Source of the DNA: a virus
Lineage: Duplodnaviria; Caudoviricetes
Strand: one strand, 5' to 3'
Virus record (IMG/VR): IMGVR_UViG_3300032038_000043
Coordinates: 29,019 to 93,018 of that record
DNA length: 64,000 nucleotides
Position numbers and translations under genes: made by a program. Position 1 is the stretch's first letter, and each line of letters begins with the position of its first letter. Below the pieces are notes generated by a model. It searched no databases, was not told the DNA's origin, and saw nothing but the letters and a program-made list of their open reading frames with translations. This document shows positions 9,924 to 22,810 of the stretch, one piece after another.

Positions 9924-10310
9924 TCAACACTTCCTCGAATCGCATTCGCTAGACCCCCAGCAAAGGATGGATTGGTCGTTCTCGCCAACCCACAATGGAA
10001 TCCACCCGTCCATTTTAAGAGCCTTCTCGTACTTCGTCGGCTCGTCCGTCCGCAGGTACTCCCAACGCTCGCCAGTCCACCTTAGGTGCAGCATGTGGGC
10101 GTGAATCATGCCGTGGCAGTAGTACCTGCCGTTGGCGTCCCTCAAGTTGCTCCCAAAGCCGCAGCAGACGACCGTGGGCCCGTCTCCGCCACCAGCGGAT
10201 TTGCGCACGATGTGATGGCGGTTCAAAGGTGACGGCCTGCCACAGAACGCGCAGCAGGCCGTCTCGATGCTCGGGCCCTCCATGAGGGCTTCTTCAAGTA
10301 GGTTCATCAC
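9924..10310 (-). CDS. HNH-family nuclease-like protein
   Basis: CAFCG...RHHIVRKSAGG...N...CHGMIH. Confidence 0.6.
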   Translation of the reverse strand: MMNLLEEALMEGPSIETACCAFCGRPSPLNRHHIVRKSAGGGDGPTVVCCGFGSNLRDANGRYYCHGMIHAHMLHLRWTGERWEYLRTDEPTKYEKALKMDGWIPLWVGENDQSILCWGSSECDSRKC

Positions 10311-10657
10311 ATCGCCCCGTATCCCAAGTTCGGGTTCGACATCTCGATGTTCAGCTGGTTCTGCAGAACCTTGATGGCCAACTTGCAGGCCTGAAGCGCC
10401 TCGAGGTTCGCCCGATAGACAGCCTCCGCGTAGTCACGGCGCTCCCTGAGCTCGGCAACCTCTTCGACCCCGTAGACCACCAGCTGAATCAACGTCACGG
10501 GCATGCCCTCACGCTTCAGTTGGAGGCATTCGGCGCGGAGCCGCACCTTGTAGTCATGCTCAGCCTTCGCGAACTCAGCACCAGAGACTCGCAGGAGCCT
10601 GACGCATTTGTCCATGTCATGCATCTTCTTGTTAATCTCCTGATACAGGTCCATGCG

Positions 10658-11008
10658 TCACCTGCCAATCTGTTCCGCATACATGACGGGTATCCCCAGC
10701 TCCTCGGCAATCGTCACGCAGCTTCGCGTGCCAGCCCCGCCCGGGAAGGCGATGAGCATGTCTATCCCAGAGGAGAGCATCTGCCTGTTCCGAATCGGGC
10801 CGGCTGCCCTGCCATACTTCTTCCAGTCGGCGGGGTGCGGCTCCGTCATGCCGATGTGCGACGCAACCTCCGCCGCCAGCGTGTCAGCGCCACGGCACGC
10901 GCCATGCACGAGGACGTCGCCTGCCGAGAAGCTGACGGCCCAAAGGGCCTTGCGCACCATCAAGACGTCATCGAAGTCGCGCCCGCCCGTCACGGCTATG
11001 CGTCTCAT
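10658..11008 (-). CDS. SLOG-family protein (DUF2493/YspA-like)
   Basis: RIAVTGGRDF, VHGACRGAD, PADWKKYGRAAGPIRNRQM, IAFPGGAGT. Start moved to the ATG at 11008 (GGAGGT RBS). Confidence 0.85.
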   Translation of the reverse strand: MRRIAVTGGRDFDDVLMVRKALWAVSFSAGDVLVHGACRGADTLAAEVASHIGMTEPHPADWKKYGRAAGPIRNRQMLSSGIDMLIAFPGGAGTRSCVTIAEELGIPVMYAEQIGR

Positions 11009-11550
11009 ACCACCTCCAGCGGCTTGACATCGTCGCGGCTTTCTCCCGTGGGGGTGAGGTACGCGGTGCAGTCCATGCCCTCTGGGAACTTGACGAGCCT
11101 CTGCGTGGCGAACGCCTTGATTGCCGCGTCCACGCATTTGCGCATCTTCGTTATGGTCACGTCCGAGAACGAGTGCATACCAACGCCATACTCGCCACAT
11201 TGGTCACACCATGCCAAGGTCGAGTCCATGAACTCGGCCAGCTGGTCGAGCACGTCGTACGGGTCTAGGAGCATGTCGCCTCCTTCCCGACCCAGCTCTT
11301 CCAAGCCTCGGGCCTAATCACCAGCAGGTTCTCCGGCCTGTTGAAGACCTTCCCGCGCAGCTTCTTGCCGACGCTGCCCTCAACCTTGAACCAGACCTGG
11401 TTCGGGTAGACGTCGGTCACCGTCCCCGCGATGAGTCCGTCAGAGACCTTGCATCCGACGAAGATTGCCTCGCCCTTCATGTCCTTAGCTTCGCTGTCCA
11501 TGATTCCTCCTAACGAAAGGCGGGCACCCGAAGGTACCCGCCGTAAGTCG

Positions 11551-12117
11551 CTATTTGCTCCTTGCCCAGCCGTCGTCGTAGCTGTCCTTTCGGGCGAAGA
11601 AGCCGTCCCTGTTGACCTGCCACTTGCCGTTGACGACCAGGATGTACGAGCCGTCGAAGTAGTCGTGGAAGCGCTCGTGTGTGTCGGCGTCGACTATCCT
11701 TGTCGTGCCGTCCTTGTAGATGACCGTGAGCACTTCGTCTCCGCTGAGAACTGTAAGCTCCGCGAGCTCGATGCTTGGGTCATCCAGGTCGATGTCGCAC
11801 TCGCACTTCCCGTCCGTGAAGTCATACAGAATCACTTGCTCCTCCTATTTACGTAAGGCATTTCGCCTTAGGAAGTCATCTCGGTCCAAATACCACTTGC
11901 CGTCAAGTATGACGAGGTAGGACTCGGAGATGTCGTTGCGAGGGTATCCGTTCACGTTGACGTCGTACGTCCTCGTTAGCCCCCCATGCTTGTAGCTGAC
12001 CACGAGCATCTCGTCACCACAGACGCGGTTGAGTGTCGCCAGCTCGAGGCTTTCTGCCTCAGCCTCCAAGTCGAAGTCAAACTCATGCTCTCCGCCATGG
12101 CTGTCATACAGAATCAT
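11551..12117 (-). repeat. Tandem paralogous gene pair (11551-11835 and 11845-12117)
   Basis: Both proteins follow MILYD..G..E.D.DL...LE(L)A.L....GDE.L.V.YK.G...SY.....GKW...RD.F..R. Confidence 0.8.
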
Positions 12118-12912
12118 TGGCTTCTCCTAACCATTGAAGAAGCTCAGGGTCCGGCACTTGTCCGCGTAGTCATCGCCAGCATGCGCGAGCACTGTCATCA
12201 TGTGCTGCTCGAACTGCGGCACATTCCAATTGAACACCCAGCAGAACATGACGCAGAAGTCTGCGTCTGGGGCGACCCACACGTCCGTCGTGTGCGCCTC
12301 CGGGCACATCGCCTCGGCGAAGCAGTCGTCCGTGTCCAGATACGCGAACCGCCTGACGAACCACTTTGCCACCGGCGTCTCGCACTCGTATTCGACGTAG
12401 TTCCTAACTTCCATCATTCTCCCTACCGATGCCCAGAGCGCCGTGCTCGAGCATCTCCTCGGTCATGCCCCAGCTGTTGGGGCCCCTCTCGTATTCGGCG
12501 CAGGCCTTCTTCAGGGCGTGCTCGCAGAGCCTGTTGTACATCGCCCTGCAGTCGAGCCCCCAGTCGCCCATGCCTATGTAGCTCCTGCACGTGGCGCAGA
12601 TGGCGTGCCTCGCGAGGTCAATCTTCGCGAGCGAGCACACCTCGGCGTCTGGGTTGACCACGTGGCGCGTTATCCTGCAGTAATCGCCGCCCGACCACCC
12701 GCACTCACGACACAGTCTCATCGTCCACCCCAAGCGCGTCCCTCAGCCCGTCAAGGTCACTCACCGAGACGAACCTGTGGTAGTCGGACAGCGACTGGCA
12801 TATGCTCGCGACCCTCCTGAGACCCGACATGTTGCTCGGCCCGTCCGTGCACTCCACGACGACCTCGATGATGGCCCTCGTGCAGAGCAGCATGACGGAG
12901 GCGAGCTCCTCG

Positions 12913-13602
12913 TTAGTCATCCGCGGCCTCGATGTCGTCGAAGACCACGGGCACCATCGCCTTGAGCTCTTCGAGCAGGGGCGTCATGAGTGCGCGAATC
13001 TCGGGATGCGCCGCCTTCGACGTCCTGAGCTGCAGGACGTGACGCCACTCGCGTAGGTTGCCGGCCGCGTTAATCGTCGTGGCGGTGCACAGAGGCAGAA
13101 CTGCCCTTGCCTGCTCCGGCTTCGCGCCCGAGCCAAGGAGCGTCTCGTAGCAGCCTGCGGCGAAGTCACAAGCGTGCCTTATGGCAGACTGCTCCGCGTC
13201 AGTCATGTCTGGTGGCATGACGAACTCGAAGCCCTTCTTGCCAAAGTTCACGTAGCGCGTGGACTGCTCGGCGAACGAGAGCAGCCTGTGCCTGATGAGC
13301 TCGCGGGAAATCCCGATTGACGTCTTGAAGCGGACGGCCATCCAGCCGAACTCGAGCATGGCGTGGTGGCCGTTGTCACGAAGCGACTTTACCAGCATGT
13401 CGTCCGCGTCGGTGCGTGCCTCAACCCTCGTGTCGGAGTATGGGCTGTCCCATCCAGGCAGCTTCCTCGGCTGCGACTTGTAGCACGTCCTCGCCACGTC
13501 GGCGATGAGTCCCGTCGGTCGGTCTTCGTAGTCAATCCACGTGTCGTCCCACGTCTGGGCGATAATCTCGTGCGATTGCTCGACGAAGCTAATCTCTGCC
13601 AT
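12913..13602 (-). CDS. thyX: FAD-dependent thymidylate synthase
   Basis: ARTCYKS, GHHAMLEF, ISRELIRHRLLSFAEQSTRY (RHRx7S motif), ARAVLP, NLREWRH...LR...AHPEIR. Start set at MAEIS. Confidence 0.93.
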   Translation of the reverse strand: MAEISFVEQSHEIIAQTWDDTWIDYEDRPTGLIADVARTCYKSQPRKLPGWDSPYSDTRVEARTDADDMLVKSLRDNGHHAMLEFGWMAVRFKTSIGISRELIRHRLLSFAEQSTRYVNFGKKGFEFVMPPDMTDAEQSAIRHACDFAAGCYETLLGSGAKPEQARAVLPLCTATTINAAGNLREWRHVLQLRTSKAAHPEIRALMTPLLEELKAMVPVVFDDIEAADD

Positions 13603-15455
13603 TACACACCACTCCTCTTTATGAGCGCCCTCAAGCGCATCCTCGCACGCTCGCTGATTGCGTCGACGGCCAGCGCGGCCATCTCCTCCTCGGTGAGCTC
13701 CTTCTTCCTGTCCGTCCAGTAGCTGTACACGTGTAGCCTCTTCAATTCCCCTCCGTTCTTCGCCGCGTTCGACAGCCAGCTCGACGACACGCCCAACGCC
13801 TCGCACATGTCGTCTGCGTGTCCCTCCGCGACGTATATCTTCCTAACCTCCCGCATGGCTGTTCCTCATGGAGCGCCTGAGTGCCTTCATGTAGTTGCGG
13901 AACTTCTTGTCATCACCGTCAAGCGCACGCATGAACAGCCGATAGGGCCTCGTCGTCACGATTCGCTGCTGCACGACGAGCTTGTCGAAGTGAAGCTTTT
14001 CGCGGTCGCTGCCGACCAGCATGTCCACGACCTGCGGCCCGGCCTCGAAGCTGAACTCGTACGTCACGCCGTCGATGTCGAGAGGCAGGTTGTAGGGCAG
14101 CTCGTCGTCAAGCTCGCTCGGGACAATCGCGTCCTCGCCGACGTACCCAAGCGGCTCCCACCCATCGTCTGACATCACGTACATCACCCCGCCCATCGCT
14201 CGCCACCACATGGCATCTTGTCGACCTTGAAGTCCCTCCTGACCCTCGCTGGCGGCAAGTCGTCTAAGCACACGCCGTACTCGCCCTCGTCGTCGATTCC
14301 CGTGTAGTCAGAGAGGTCGAATATCCACCCGCAGTTGCCGCACGTCGCCCAGCAGGGGAGCGTCGGCTCAGGCATCCCGTCCCTTTGCAATCCGTCCATC
14401 TATTCCTCCGGCTTCTTCGTGAGGTGCCAGCCGCCGCACAACTCGCAGTGGTAGGCCCTGAGCGTCGGGGCACCGTTCAACTCGCGCATGGCGGCAGCCA
14501 TGAGCGCCTTGTGCTTCGTCTCGTACCGATACTTCCTTCCGCATGACCAGTGGCCCCCCTCGCCGTACATGTTGGTCACGCGGGCGTCCCTCTCGTCGCG
14601 CTCGTCGTCGAGGGCGTGCCTGTCGATGCCCTTCTCGCGCAGCTTCTTTATGTGTCGCCGCCTCCAGTCCCTGAGCTGGCGTTGCGGCGTTCCCTTGTGT
14701 TTAGTCATCCAAGTAGCCGTACTCCTCCCTGACCTCGTCGAACGTTGTCGGTTGCCGCTCCCAGCCGTACTTGCCGATGTAGAGCGCGAGCGCAATCGCG
14801 CTTATGGCGAGGAGCGCCACCCCGCAAAGGATGACGCCCCTCGTGTTCTCGACCATGGTGAAGTACTCGGCCAGAAGCACGCATGCCACTATGCATGCGA
14901 GCAAAGCGAGCCATTGCACTAGATGCTCAACCTGCCCTTCAGCATCTGCGCCCGCAGCATCAGCTTCGTGCGCTCCCTCTTGTTCTCACCGCATGCCACC
15001 CAGAGCATGAACTCGTCCCAACACGCCTGGCTCTGGGCGGCTATCGCCTCGTAGAACTGGTGCATCTCGTCGACGCTGTACCTGTCGTAGTCGAGGCCCA
15101 TCTCCACCATGAGGCGCGAGGCGGTGACGGAGAACAGCTCGTCAGCGTCAATCGTCATGCCTGAGCCCCAGCTCCTCCATCACGCGCTCCTTGGCGCATC
15201 GGTTCGGCTCGCCCTCGTCATAGAGCGGACATGTCCTCGCGTCGGCATCGTCGGACGTGCATACGAACATGGCCGCGATGAACCCGCGCAGCGCTTCGTT
15301 CTCCGCCTCTAGGTGCTTGATGCCGCCATATCCAAGCTCGGCGGCCTTCCGTCCGTCGCTGCGGCCAATCTCGTAGAAGAACGCGCCCACGGCGGCGAGC
15401 ACGAGCCCGACGAGGGCCAACAGCAACGGTGTAGCGAAGTCGAACATGCTTCCTC

Positions 15456-15881
15456 CTAAAGCTCGTACTTCTTGACGTACTCCCTGTCGACCTGCCACCC
15501 GAGCATGGTGGGGTCGCACTTGTTCCAGACCTTGCCGTCGAATGCCGACACCCACGCATGCGACATGCCGTCCATCGTGCCGACGACCAGCTTCGCGGGT
15601 ATGCCCAGCGAGCGGAGCATCGCGCACATCAGGCTCGCCTTGTCAAAGCAGATGCCCTTGCGCTCCGCGTACGTCGCCTCTGGGCTCGGGACGTACCCCC
15701 TCGTGCCGTTCAGTCGCTTGGCCTTCTCCGTGTCGTAGGCGAACCTCGTGGCCACGTACCGGTACACCTCGGTGATGGTGTCCCTCGTGCTCCTCCTCGC
15801 GAGCCTCTTCGCCTGCTTCACGAGCGCGGCCTTTGACGACCACCTGCAGTACTTGCCGGGGCTCAGGAACTCGTCACTCAT
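15456..15881 (-). CDS. Transglutaminase-like cysteine protease domain protein
   Basis: GICFDKASLMCAMLRSLGIPAKLVVG...HAWV...W...DPT gives the Cys-His-Asp triad. Confidence 0.85.
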   Translation of the reverse strand: MSDEFLSPGKYCRWSSKAALVKQAKRLARRSTRDTITEVYRYVATRFAYDTEKAKRLNGTRGYVPSPEATYAERKGICFDKASLMCAMLRSLGIPAKLVVGTMDGMSHAWVSAFDGKVWNKCDPTMLGWQVDREYVKKYEL

Positions 15882-16561
15882 CGGGTACCTCGACGCCCAG
15901 CTTCGCGCACCTCTCGTCGAACCCTATGTCGCAGAAACGTCCGTGGCTGCACGTCAGGCAATTGTGACGCCTGCAGAAGCGCAGGTCGGCACACAGCTTG
16001 CGCAGCTCGCCGTTTTCCTTTGCGAGGGCGCGGTACTTGTCTTCCCAGTCGACGTTCTCCTGCCGCAGGTACTCGATGACCTTCTCCTGCTCGGACGCCT
16101 CGCGGATTGCCAGCTCCTGACGAAGCCTGGCGTTCTCGGCCTCCAAGACCTCGCACGGAAGCTGCTTGCCATTCTTTCGGGCGGCGATGTCGCTGTCGAG
16201 GATTGCGCACCCAGTCATCAGCCCACCAGCCCAAGCGCGTCTATGCGGTCGCGGAACCACTCGGCCATGTTGTCGAAGCCAGCGCCCCTGCTGTAGTCCA
16301 GCATGTCCTCGCACAGCGTCCGCAGCTCGGCATTCTCAGCCTTCAATTGCTTGGCCTCCTCAATCGCGTCCTCCATCAACGCGTACAGCGCGGACCTCGG
16401 CACGTTGAGCTTATGGACGTCATGCAGCTCCTTCGCATACTGGTACGCCTCGTTGTAGGTGCCGCACAGACGGTCGAGGCTCTGGTCGCCCGCGACGCGG
16501 AACCTCACGCCGCCTTCACATTGGTAGGCATATACGTCACATTCCGACCATCGGCAATAGC

Positions 16562-16756
16562 TCATGCGTCCTCCTCACCCATCATCTCGTCCCACTCCGC
16601 GACGGCGTCTTGGGAATGGTAGTAGTACCACGTGCCCGGTTTCTTCTCGCAATCCCTGTTCCTGCACTCCACATGCCAACATCCATAGAGAAATGGCAGC
16701 GGGCGGAACACCATCTCTGGCTCCTTGCCGCAATACTTACATGGCCTCAGCCTCAT
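16562..16756 (-). CDS. Lar-like zinc-finger protein
   Basis: LRPCKYCG...VECRNRDC...DAVAEWD. Confidence 0.55.
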   Translation of the reverse strand: MRLRPCKYCGKEPEMVFRPLPFLYGCWHVECRNRDCEKKPGTWYYYHSQDAVAEWDEMMGEEDA

Positions 16757-19700
16757 GACGACACCTCGATTTCCCGCTCGCGCATGCGATGTGACTCTCG
16801 CGCTCTGATGACACGCCAATACGTGTCCTCATCCGTGCTGACCTCTTGCCCCATCACTTCCACGTGATAGTCCCCGTAATAGTCACATCTGACCCTGCCA
16901 ATGACCTCAAGCGGGACGGACACCTCAACTAACACTCGTCCACCTCGATTCCGAGCTCGCGCATGCGGTCGCGCTCGCGCTCGCTCGCCCCGTACAACGC
17001 CAGCGGGGTCATGTAGTCTACCTGCTCCCGCAGCTCCTTGTTCTCGCGCCGAAGCAGCAAGACCTCGGCCTTGAGGTCGGTCACGTCGCTCATAGCTCCA
17101 CCCCCAGCTCGCGCATGCGGTCGGAAACGACTTTCGCTTGGAATGGCTTACAACACTCTTCGCTCATGTCTCTACTCGTGCTTGCGCATGGGGACTCGCC
17201 GCCGTGAGTCTTTTCGCACAACTCGCATGGGCTGTACTTCTCGTAAGTATGGTCTGCGACTTCCCACTCGTAACTTTGCGGATAGCAAAGAATGTGCAAG
17301 TCCTCACACAGCTCCCGCAGCTCCTTGTTCTCCTGCCGCAGCAGAAGCACCTCGACCTTGAGGTCAGTCACGTCACTCATGACGGCACCTCGATTCCCAG
17401 CTCGCGCATACGCTCCCTGCATGACTCATGTACCGACCAATCATCGTCTAGCCACGTAACGGCGGGGTTGTTGCCATGCCGTTCGGTCACGTATGGGGTC
17501 GCATCCAAATCATTGATGAGTTGCCACATGTCCCGCACCAGCTCCCGCAGCTTAGCGTTCTCATCCTTGAGGTCGGTGGCAATCTTGGCGAGCTGGTTGG
17601 CCGTTAGTCCGAGATACCTTGCGTTTACGTCGCTCATTCGTCCACCTCCACCCCCAGCTCGCGCATGAGGTCATGCGCTCTGTCTAGCTCGCTCGCGTCC
17701 ATTGCTCCGTAGTCAGCGAGAGGGTAAAGCTCGTCCACCAGCTCGCGCAGCTTGGCGTTCTCGTCCATCGCCGCTTTCAGCTCTTGCGAGTGCCATACGT
17801 CCATCTTCTTGAACTCGGCCTTGCCGCGCTCCACCTCCGCTTCCAGCTCCCTTATGCGGTCGATGGTCTTTGTTGCAAGGTCGACGGACGCATCCCTTGC
17901 GCTCCTGTACTTTTCGACCTCCGCGCACAGCTCGTCTATGCGGCGCTCAAGGGTCTCGCGCTCAGCGTCGTTCATAGCGTTATCCCCATCTCGATTTGCA
18001 CGGCCAGCTCCGTGAGGTACGAGCCAGCCCACAATCCCCATATGAAGGCAAAGATAGAATGAAGGCGGGGAAACTCCCCGCCCGCCTGGTAGATGTTCTT
18101 TGCCGCCATGATGAGGCTCACTATCACGCATATGGCCTTCTTGTTCACAGGAACCATCCCGTTCTCGCGATTGTGTTTACCAGACCCAGGACGACCATTA
18201 TGATTCCGGCGACACGCGCACCGTCCTCGCCGTCAAGCCACGTCCTGAACAGCACGTATACCCCGCAAACGAGCAGGGTCACCGAGCTCTCGATTCCTGA
18301 GCTCACTCGTCCACCACCGTCAGATAGACGTGCTCACCGCGCTTGATGGCCTTGACGTCGGTGATGCCCTTGCGACGTATCGCGTTGAGCATGGCGTGAT
18401 AGACCGCGTTCGCCGTTCGCCCGTCCAGCTCGACCTCGGCGTATTCCCAGCCAGAGGCGATGAACGCATAGATGTTGGCGAGGTTATCATGCCTCTGACT
18501 GACTGGCTCTTCGCACTTCCTGATACTCATTCGTCTGTCGCCTTTCTGCCGCATCGCGGACAATAGTCCCAGTTCGCGGCCGAGAAGAATAATGCCTTGT
18601 CCTCGTAGTACATCTCGTAGTGCCCGCATCCATGGCATCGGAATCCGTACGCGCTGCCCTCGCTGTTGGTCGATGGGAGGGCAACTTGCTCTATGATGCC
18701 GTGCCTTGCGGTGTACGCTAGCTTCGCATCGTCGGTCATTCGTCCTCCATCAGCTCTTGCGGCTCTGCGGTGGCGGCGTACTCGACGTCGCCATATTCAC
18801 GAGACCAAAGGTATCTATGGTTGAACGCTTCTGCTATCGCGTCTTCGGGGCTTCTGGCATCGTCGGTTTCATAGGTGCAGATATTGGTGACCTTGATGGT
18901 CACCTTGTACTTGTTCATTTATCCACCTTTCTCCATGGCGGCGCGGTGTGACCTCGTGCCGCGATGACCTGCCAATACGTCTTCTCGTCCGTGTCGACCT
19001 CTTGACCGTTCACCTCGATGTGGTAGCTGCCATCAAAGTCGCATCTGGCCCTTCCGATGGCATCGAGCGGGATGGACACCTCGATTAGCACTCGCCCACC
19101 TCCACTGGGTCATAGAGGTAGGTTGGTTGCCAAGTGACGTGAAACTTGAACTCATGCTCACAGCTTGGGCACTCGGCGAAGTGGTCCTCATCACGTGCCA
19201 TCTCCCCGTACGAATCCATGAAGTCCTCTGAGTCCTGGACCTTCAGCGGTGTTCCGCAGTGGGGGCAGTTGAAGTCCGTCTCCAACTTGTCCGTCGCAAT
19301 CCTCATTTGTCCTCCACCTCAACTTTTATGCCGTACTCTCTGCCACTGGGGGCAGCCTGCCACATGCACTCGTATTGAAGCGCTTCGGCAATCGCCTGCT
19401 CTTCGTAGGCCGCATCGTCTGTCTCGTACGTGTAGGTGTTGCTAACCTTGATGGTCACCTTGTATTTGCTCATCCGTCCACCACCTCAAGCTGGTCAATC
19501 GCAAACAAGCCATAGCCCCTGAGCAGGTAGCACTCGGTTCCGCAGACGTTGTAAACAGTCCCATCTGTCTCGAATAACTCTCCCTTGTGGTGTACGTACT
19601 CGCCAGCGGAAAAAAGCATCGTCACTGTCATTCGTCTACCTCCACGATGCGAGCGCCGCATCGTGGGCAGAACTCGTAGCTGCCGCTGACGTGCTCATAC

Positions 19701-21832
19701 GTGCCACCGCATGAGCTGCACTCCATGACGTGTATCAGCTCCATGCGCTCGGTGTTTGGCTCGTCCTCGCACTTGACCCAGCACTTGATTACGTCCGTCT
19801 CGTCGGCCTTGCACGTCCCGCCGCCCAGCGTGGCGGCGATGGCCTGCGCGGGGGTGAGTAGCGCCTGAACGGACAGCTTGCCGTCTGGTATATCGTCGGC
19901 ACCTTCGATTGCCGTGCATGGCTCTCCGTCTTGGCTAGTCCATTCTGTGCACAACAACATGCCTGTTGGAAGACGTGCACTCATGTCCTCCCACTCCACG
20001 CCGCGCTCGTCCAGCATCTCGCGCAGGGTCTCGTTCTCCGTCATTCGTCTACCTCCACGATTCGAGCGCCGCAAAACGGGCAATAGTCCATCTGATAAAG
20101 CGTCTCCCAATCAACCTTCGCTGTCTCACCACAAGCGGAGCACTCGAACTCTGCTGGCTCGTCCTCTGGCATGAAGCCACCAAATCGCAGCGCCGACATG
20201 GCCATCGAATACTTCTTGCTTATCTTCTCTTCCATCTCGGCGAGCACTACGTTGTGGCCCGTCCCGCGTCCCAAGGTGGCCTCGATAGCCTGTTCGGGGT
20301 CAGTAATTCCAGCAATCTTCACCGCCAGCCTTGGCTTGCCATTCGATTGGTACCCATAGGCAACGCACTCTCGCCCATCTGGGCAGTTCCAGAACGTGAG
20401 TCCTTGCGCAACCCAATAGTCGATGCCTCGGGCCCTAAGAGCCTTGTGAAGCTCAGGCCGAAGCGTGTACGGGTATCCCTTGCCCAGTCGCTCGTGCTGC
20501 TCGTCAGTCGCGGTCATTCGTCCACCACCTTCCTGCCGCATACGCTCTCAAAACGGCACCGATTCCGTCTCGTCTGATTCAGACGCTCCTGCTTCCATCA
20601 TGGCGTTCAGCTCGTCAGCGATTGCCTGCCAGTCGTAGTCATCCTCAGGGTGGGCAGAGGACCAGTACGGCCCCATACCGTACTCGTCTGTAAGGTCGTG
20701 CCAGTTTCTCTCTATGACGTCCTTTACCTCTCTCGCTTGCTTGGCGGTAAACAGTGTGTGGTTGTAGCCCCTGTCGTAGCCCTCGTAGTATCCCATTGCC
20801 TTGCCGATGCAGTACGTGGCAATCGCAATGCCTATCGTGCACATGCCGAGAATTACCAACCTGAATGCCTCCACGCTCACTCCGCACCACCCGCCATGCT
20901 GCGAACAATCTTGACAAACTCATCCAACTCATCAGCCATACGCGACCAGTCGATATGCGGCGTGACCTCAACGGTGGCATGAGAGATAACGTGCTCCTTG
21001 TTCTTGCGCACCCAGCCCAAGTCAGCCATGTCCTTATCGTTTGCGTGGTACAACGCATCGTTCATCACGCTTGCGATGGCTTTCTCATGTGCCGCGTCGA
21101 TGCGGTCGGCGATGGCGGTCAGCTCGTCGTATACATCCTTGCGCATGGTGTAGCGGTCAAACCACTCCCTCAGCTCGTCGGTTATCTCCATCACGCATCT
21201 CCTAACACAATCTCGCCCTCGTGCTCGCTCATCCAGTCGTCGAGGAAGTCCTCGTCGCACGCGAGGACCGGTATCTGATTCCCGTCCACCGTCGTTCGGT
21301 ACCCGCTTATCGAGACGCAGCTCAGTACGAGGTCATACAGCTTGTCGCGAAGCCTCATGTCGTCGGTCAGCACGGTCACGTCGTCCTCCGAATCGGGCAT
21401 GAGGAACGAGCCGCCCTCGTCGCACCCGATGACCCACTTGCCGTCGGACTGGAGCATCATGCACGTGACCTCGCGGTCCTTCCCGTTGTGGTCGAGATGC
21501 ACCACGAGCCCGGGCTCGAGCTCCACGCCGTACTTGTCGACGGGCCAGTAGCGAGACGGCCTCGACGCCGCCTCCACCATGTCCGCTATCTCGAGCAGCC
21601 TCTCCTTGCCGACATAGCCAAACTTGCCGGGCTCGAAGGTCTCATCGTTCTCACGTGGCCCATACTGCTGCACCCAGTCTCTAATCATCTCGGCTATCTC
21701 GCTCATCGCTCTCCATTCCCATAAAAATTCGCACGTACTTCTCCCAGACCTCATCCCACTCTTTTATGGTCTGCGCGGTCGACGCGTCACCATAGAAGTT
21801 GGCGAGGAAGGAGTCGGCCTCCTCCCGCGTCA

Positions 21833-22810
21833 TCAGCCCATCACCTCGAGCACCTTCTGTATCACCATGCCTTCGGGCGACGCCACCCAGCACGCGAGGT
21901 CGGAGGCGCATGCGGTGAGAAACGCAAGCGAGATGATTAGGCCGATGACGACGAAGAAGCCGACTATCAGAAGCACACCCACCATCTCCTCGTCATCGGT
22001 CTTCCTAATCCCCATGTACAGCGCGACGCAGACCGCAATCGCGATGCCCGATATGACGGCCCACATGACGGTGTGCACGGTGAGCCTCGCCACCTGCATC
22101 CTCGCATACGCGGCAAGACCGTCACCCTGCAGCCACGCCCAAAGCTCACCCGTGCTCGTGCCGAGGCCCTTCGCGAGCTCGGCGAGCACCTCTGACAGCT
22201 CGTCATTCATTTGGTTCCCTTCGTGTAGCGGCTCATGGTCTTCTCGTTGACCCACATGAGCCGCGCTATGTCCCCGTACGTCATGCCGCCAGACCTCGGC
22301 AGCAGCGCAGTCTCCTCCCTCGTTATCCCTGCAGCACCTCCATGACCTTCATCAGCACCATGCCCTCGGGCGACGTCATCCATCCTGCGAGGTCAGAGAT
22401 GACGCCAACCTCTACTATGGAGAGCACAAACAGCACAATCGTCGGTACCATCTCGGCCATCATCAGGTCGTCCCCGTCGAGGTACGATGTCTTCAGGCAG
22501 TGCCTCGCGATGGCGAGTGCGATGATGGCCACGACCGCAATCGCGATTCCGATGCCCCACGCCGTGACTGTCAGCTTCGCAACCTGCACGCTGCCGTACG
22601 CCTGCACACCTTCACCCTGCATCCACGCCCAAAGCTCACCCGTGCTCGTGCCGAGGCCCTTCGCGAGCTCGGCGAGTGCGTTGGAGAGTTCCTCGTTCAT
22701 TCCTTCTCACCTCTCGTGTATCGGCTCACGGTCTTCTCGTTGACGCCCATGAGCCTCGATATGTCCCTGCATGTCATGCCGCCAGCCCTCAGCTCGCGCA
22801 TCCTCTCGCG
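21833..22810 (-). repeat. Tandem duplication of about 490 bp containing two paralogous membrane proteins (21833-22210, 22323-22700)
   Basis: Both begin MN(D/E)ELS..LAELAKGLGTSTGELWAW.QG.G and end SDLA.W..SPEGMV..KV.EV. The 3' end of the HTH gene 22697-22978 is also duplicated at about 22210-22300. Confidence 0.85.

Larger units (their letters stand above)
15148..17975 (-). repeat. Array of small coupled genes sharing ENAxLRE and RMRELG(I/V)EV motifs
   Basis: Members: 15148-15447, 15874-16218, 16218-16565, 16929-17093, 17090-17380, 17377-17637, 17634-17975, plus the C-terminal motif only in 16753-16935. Confidence 0.8.
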
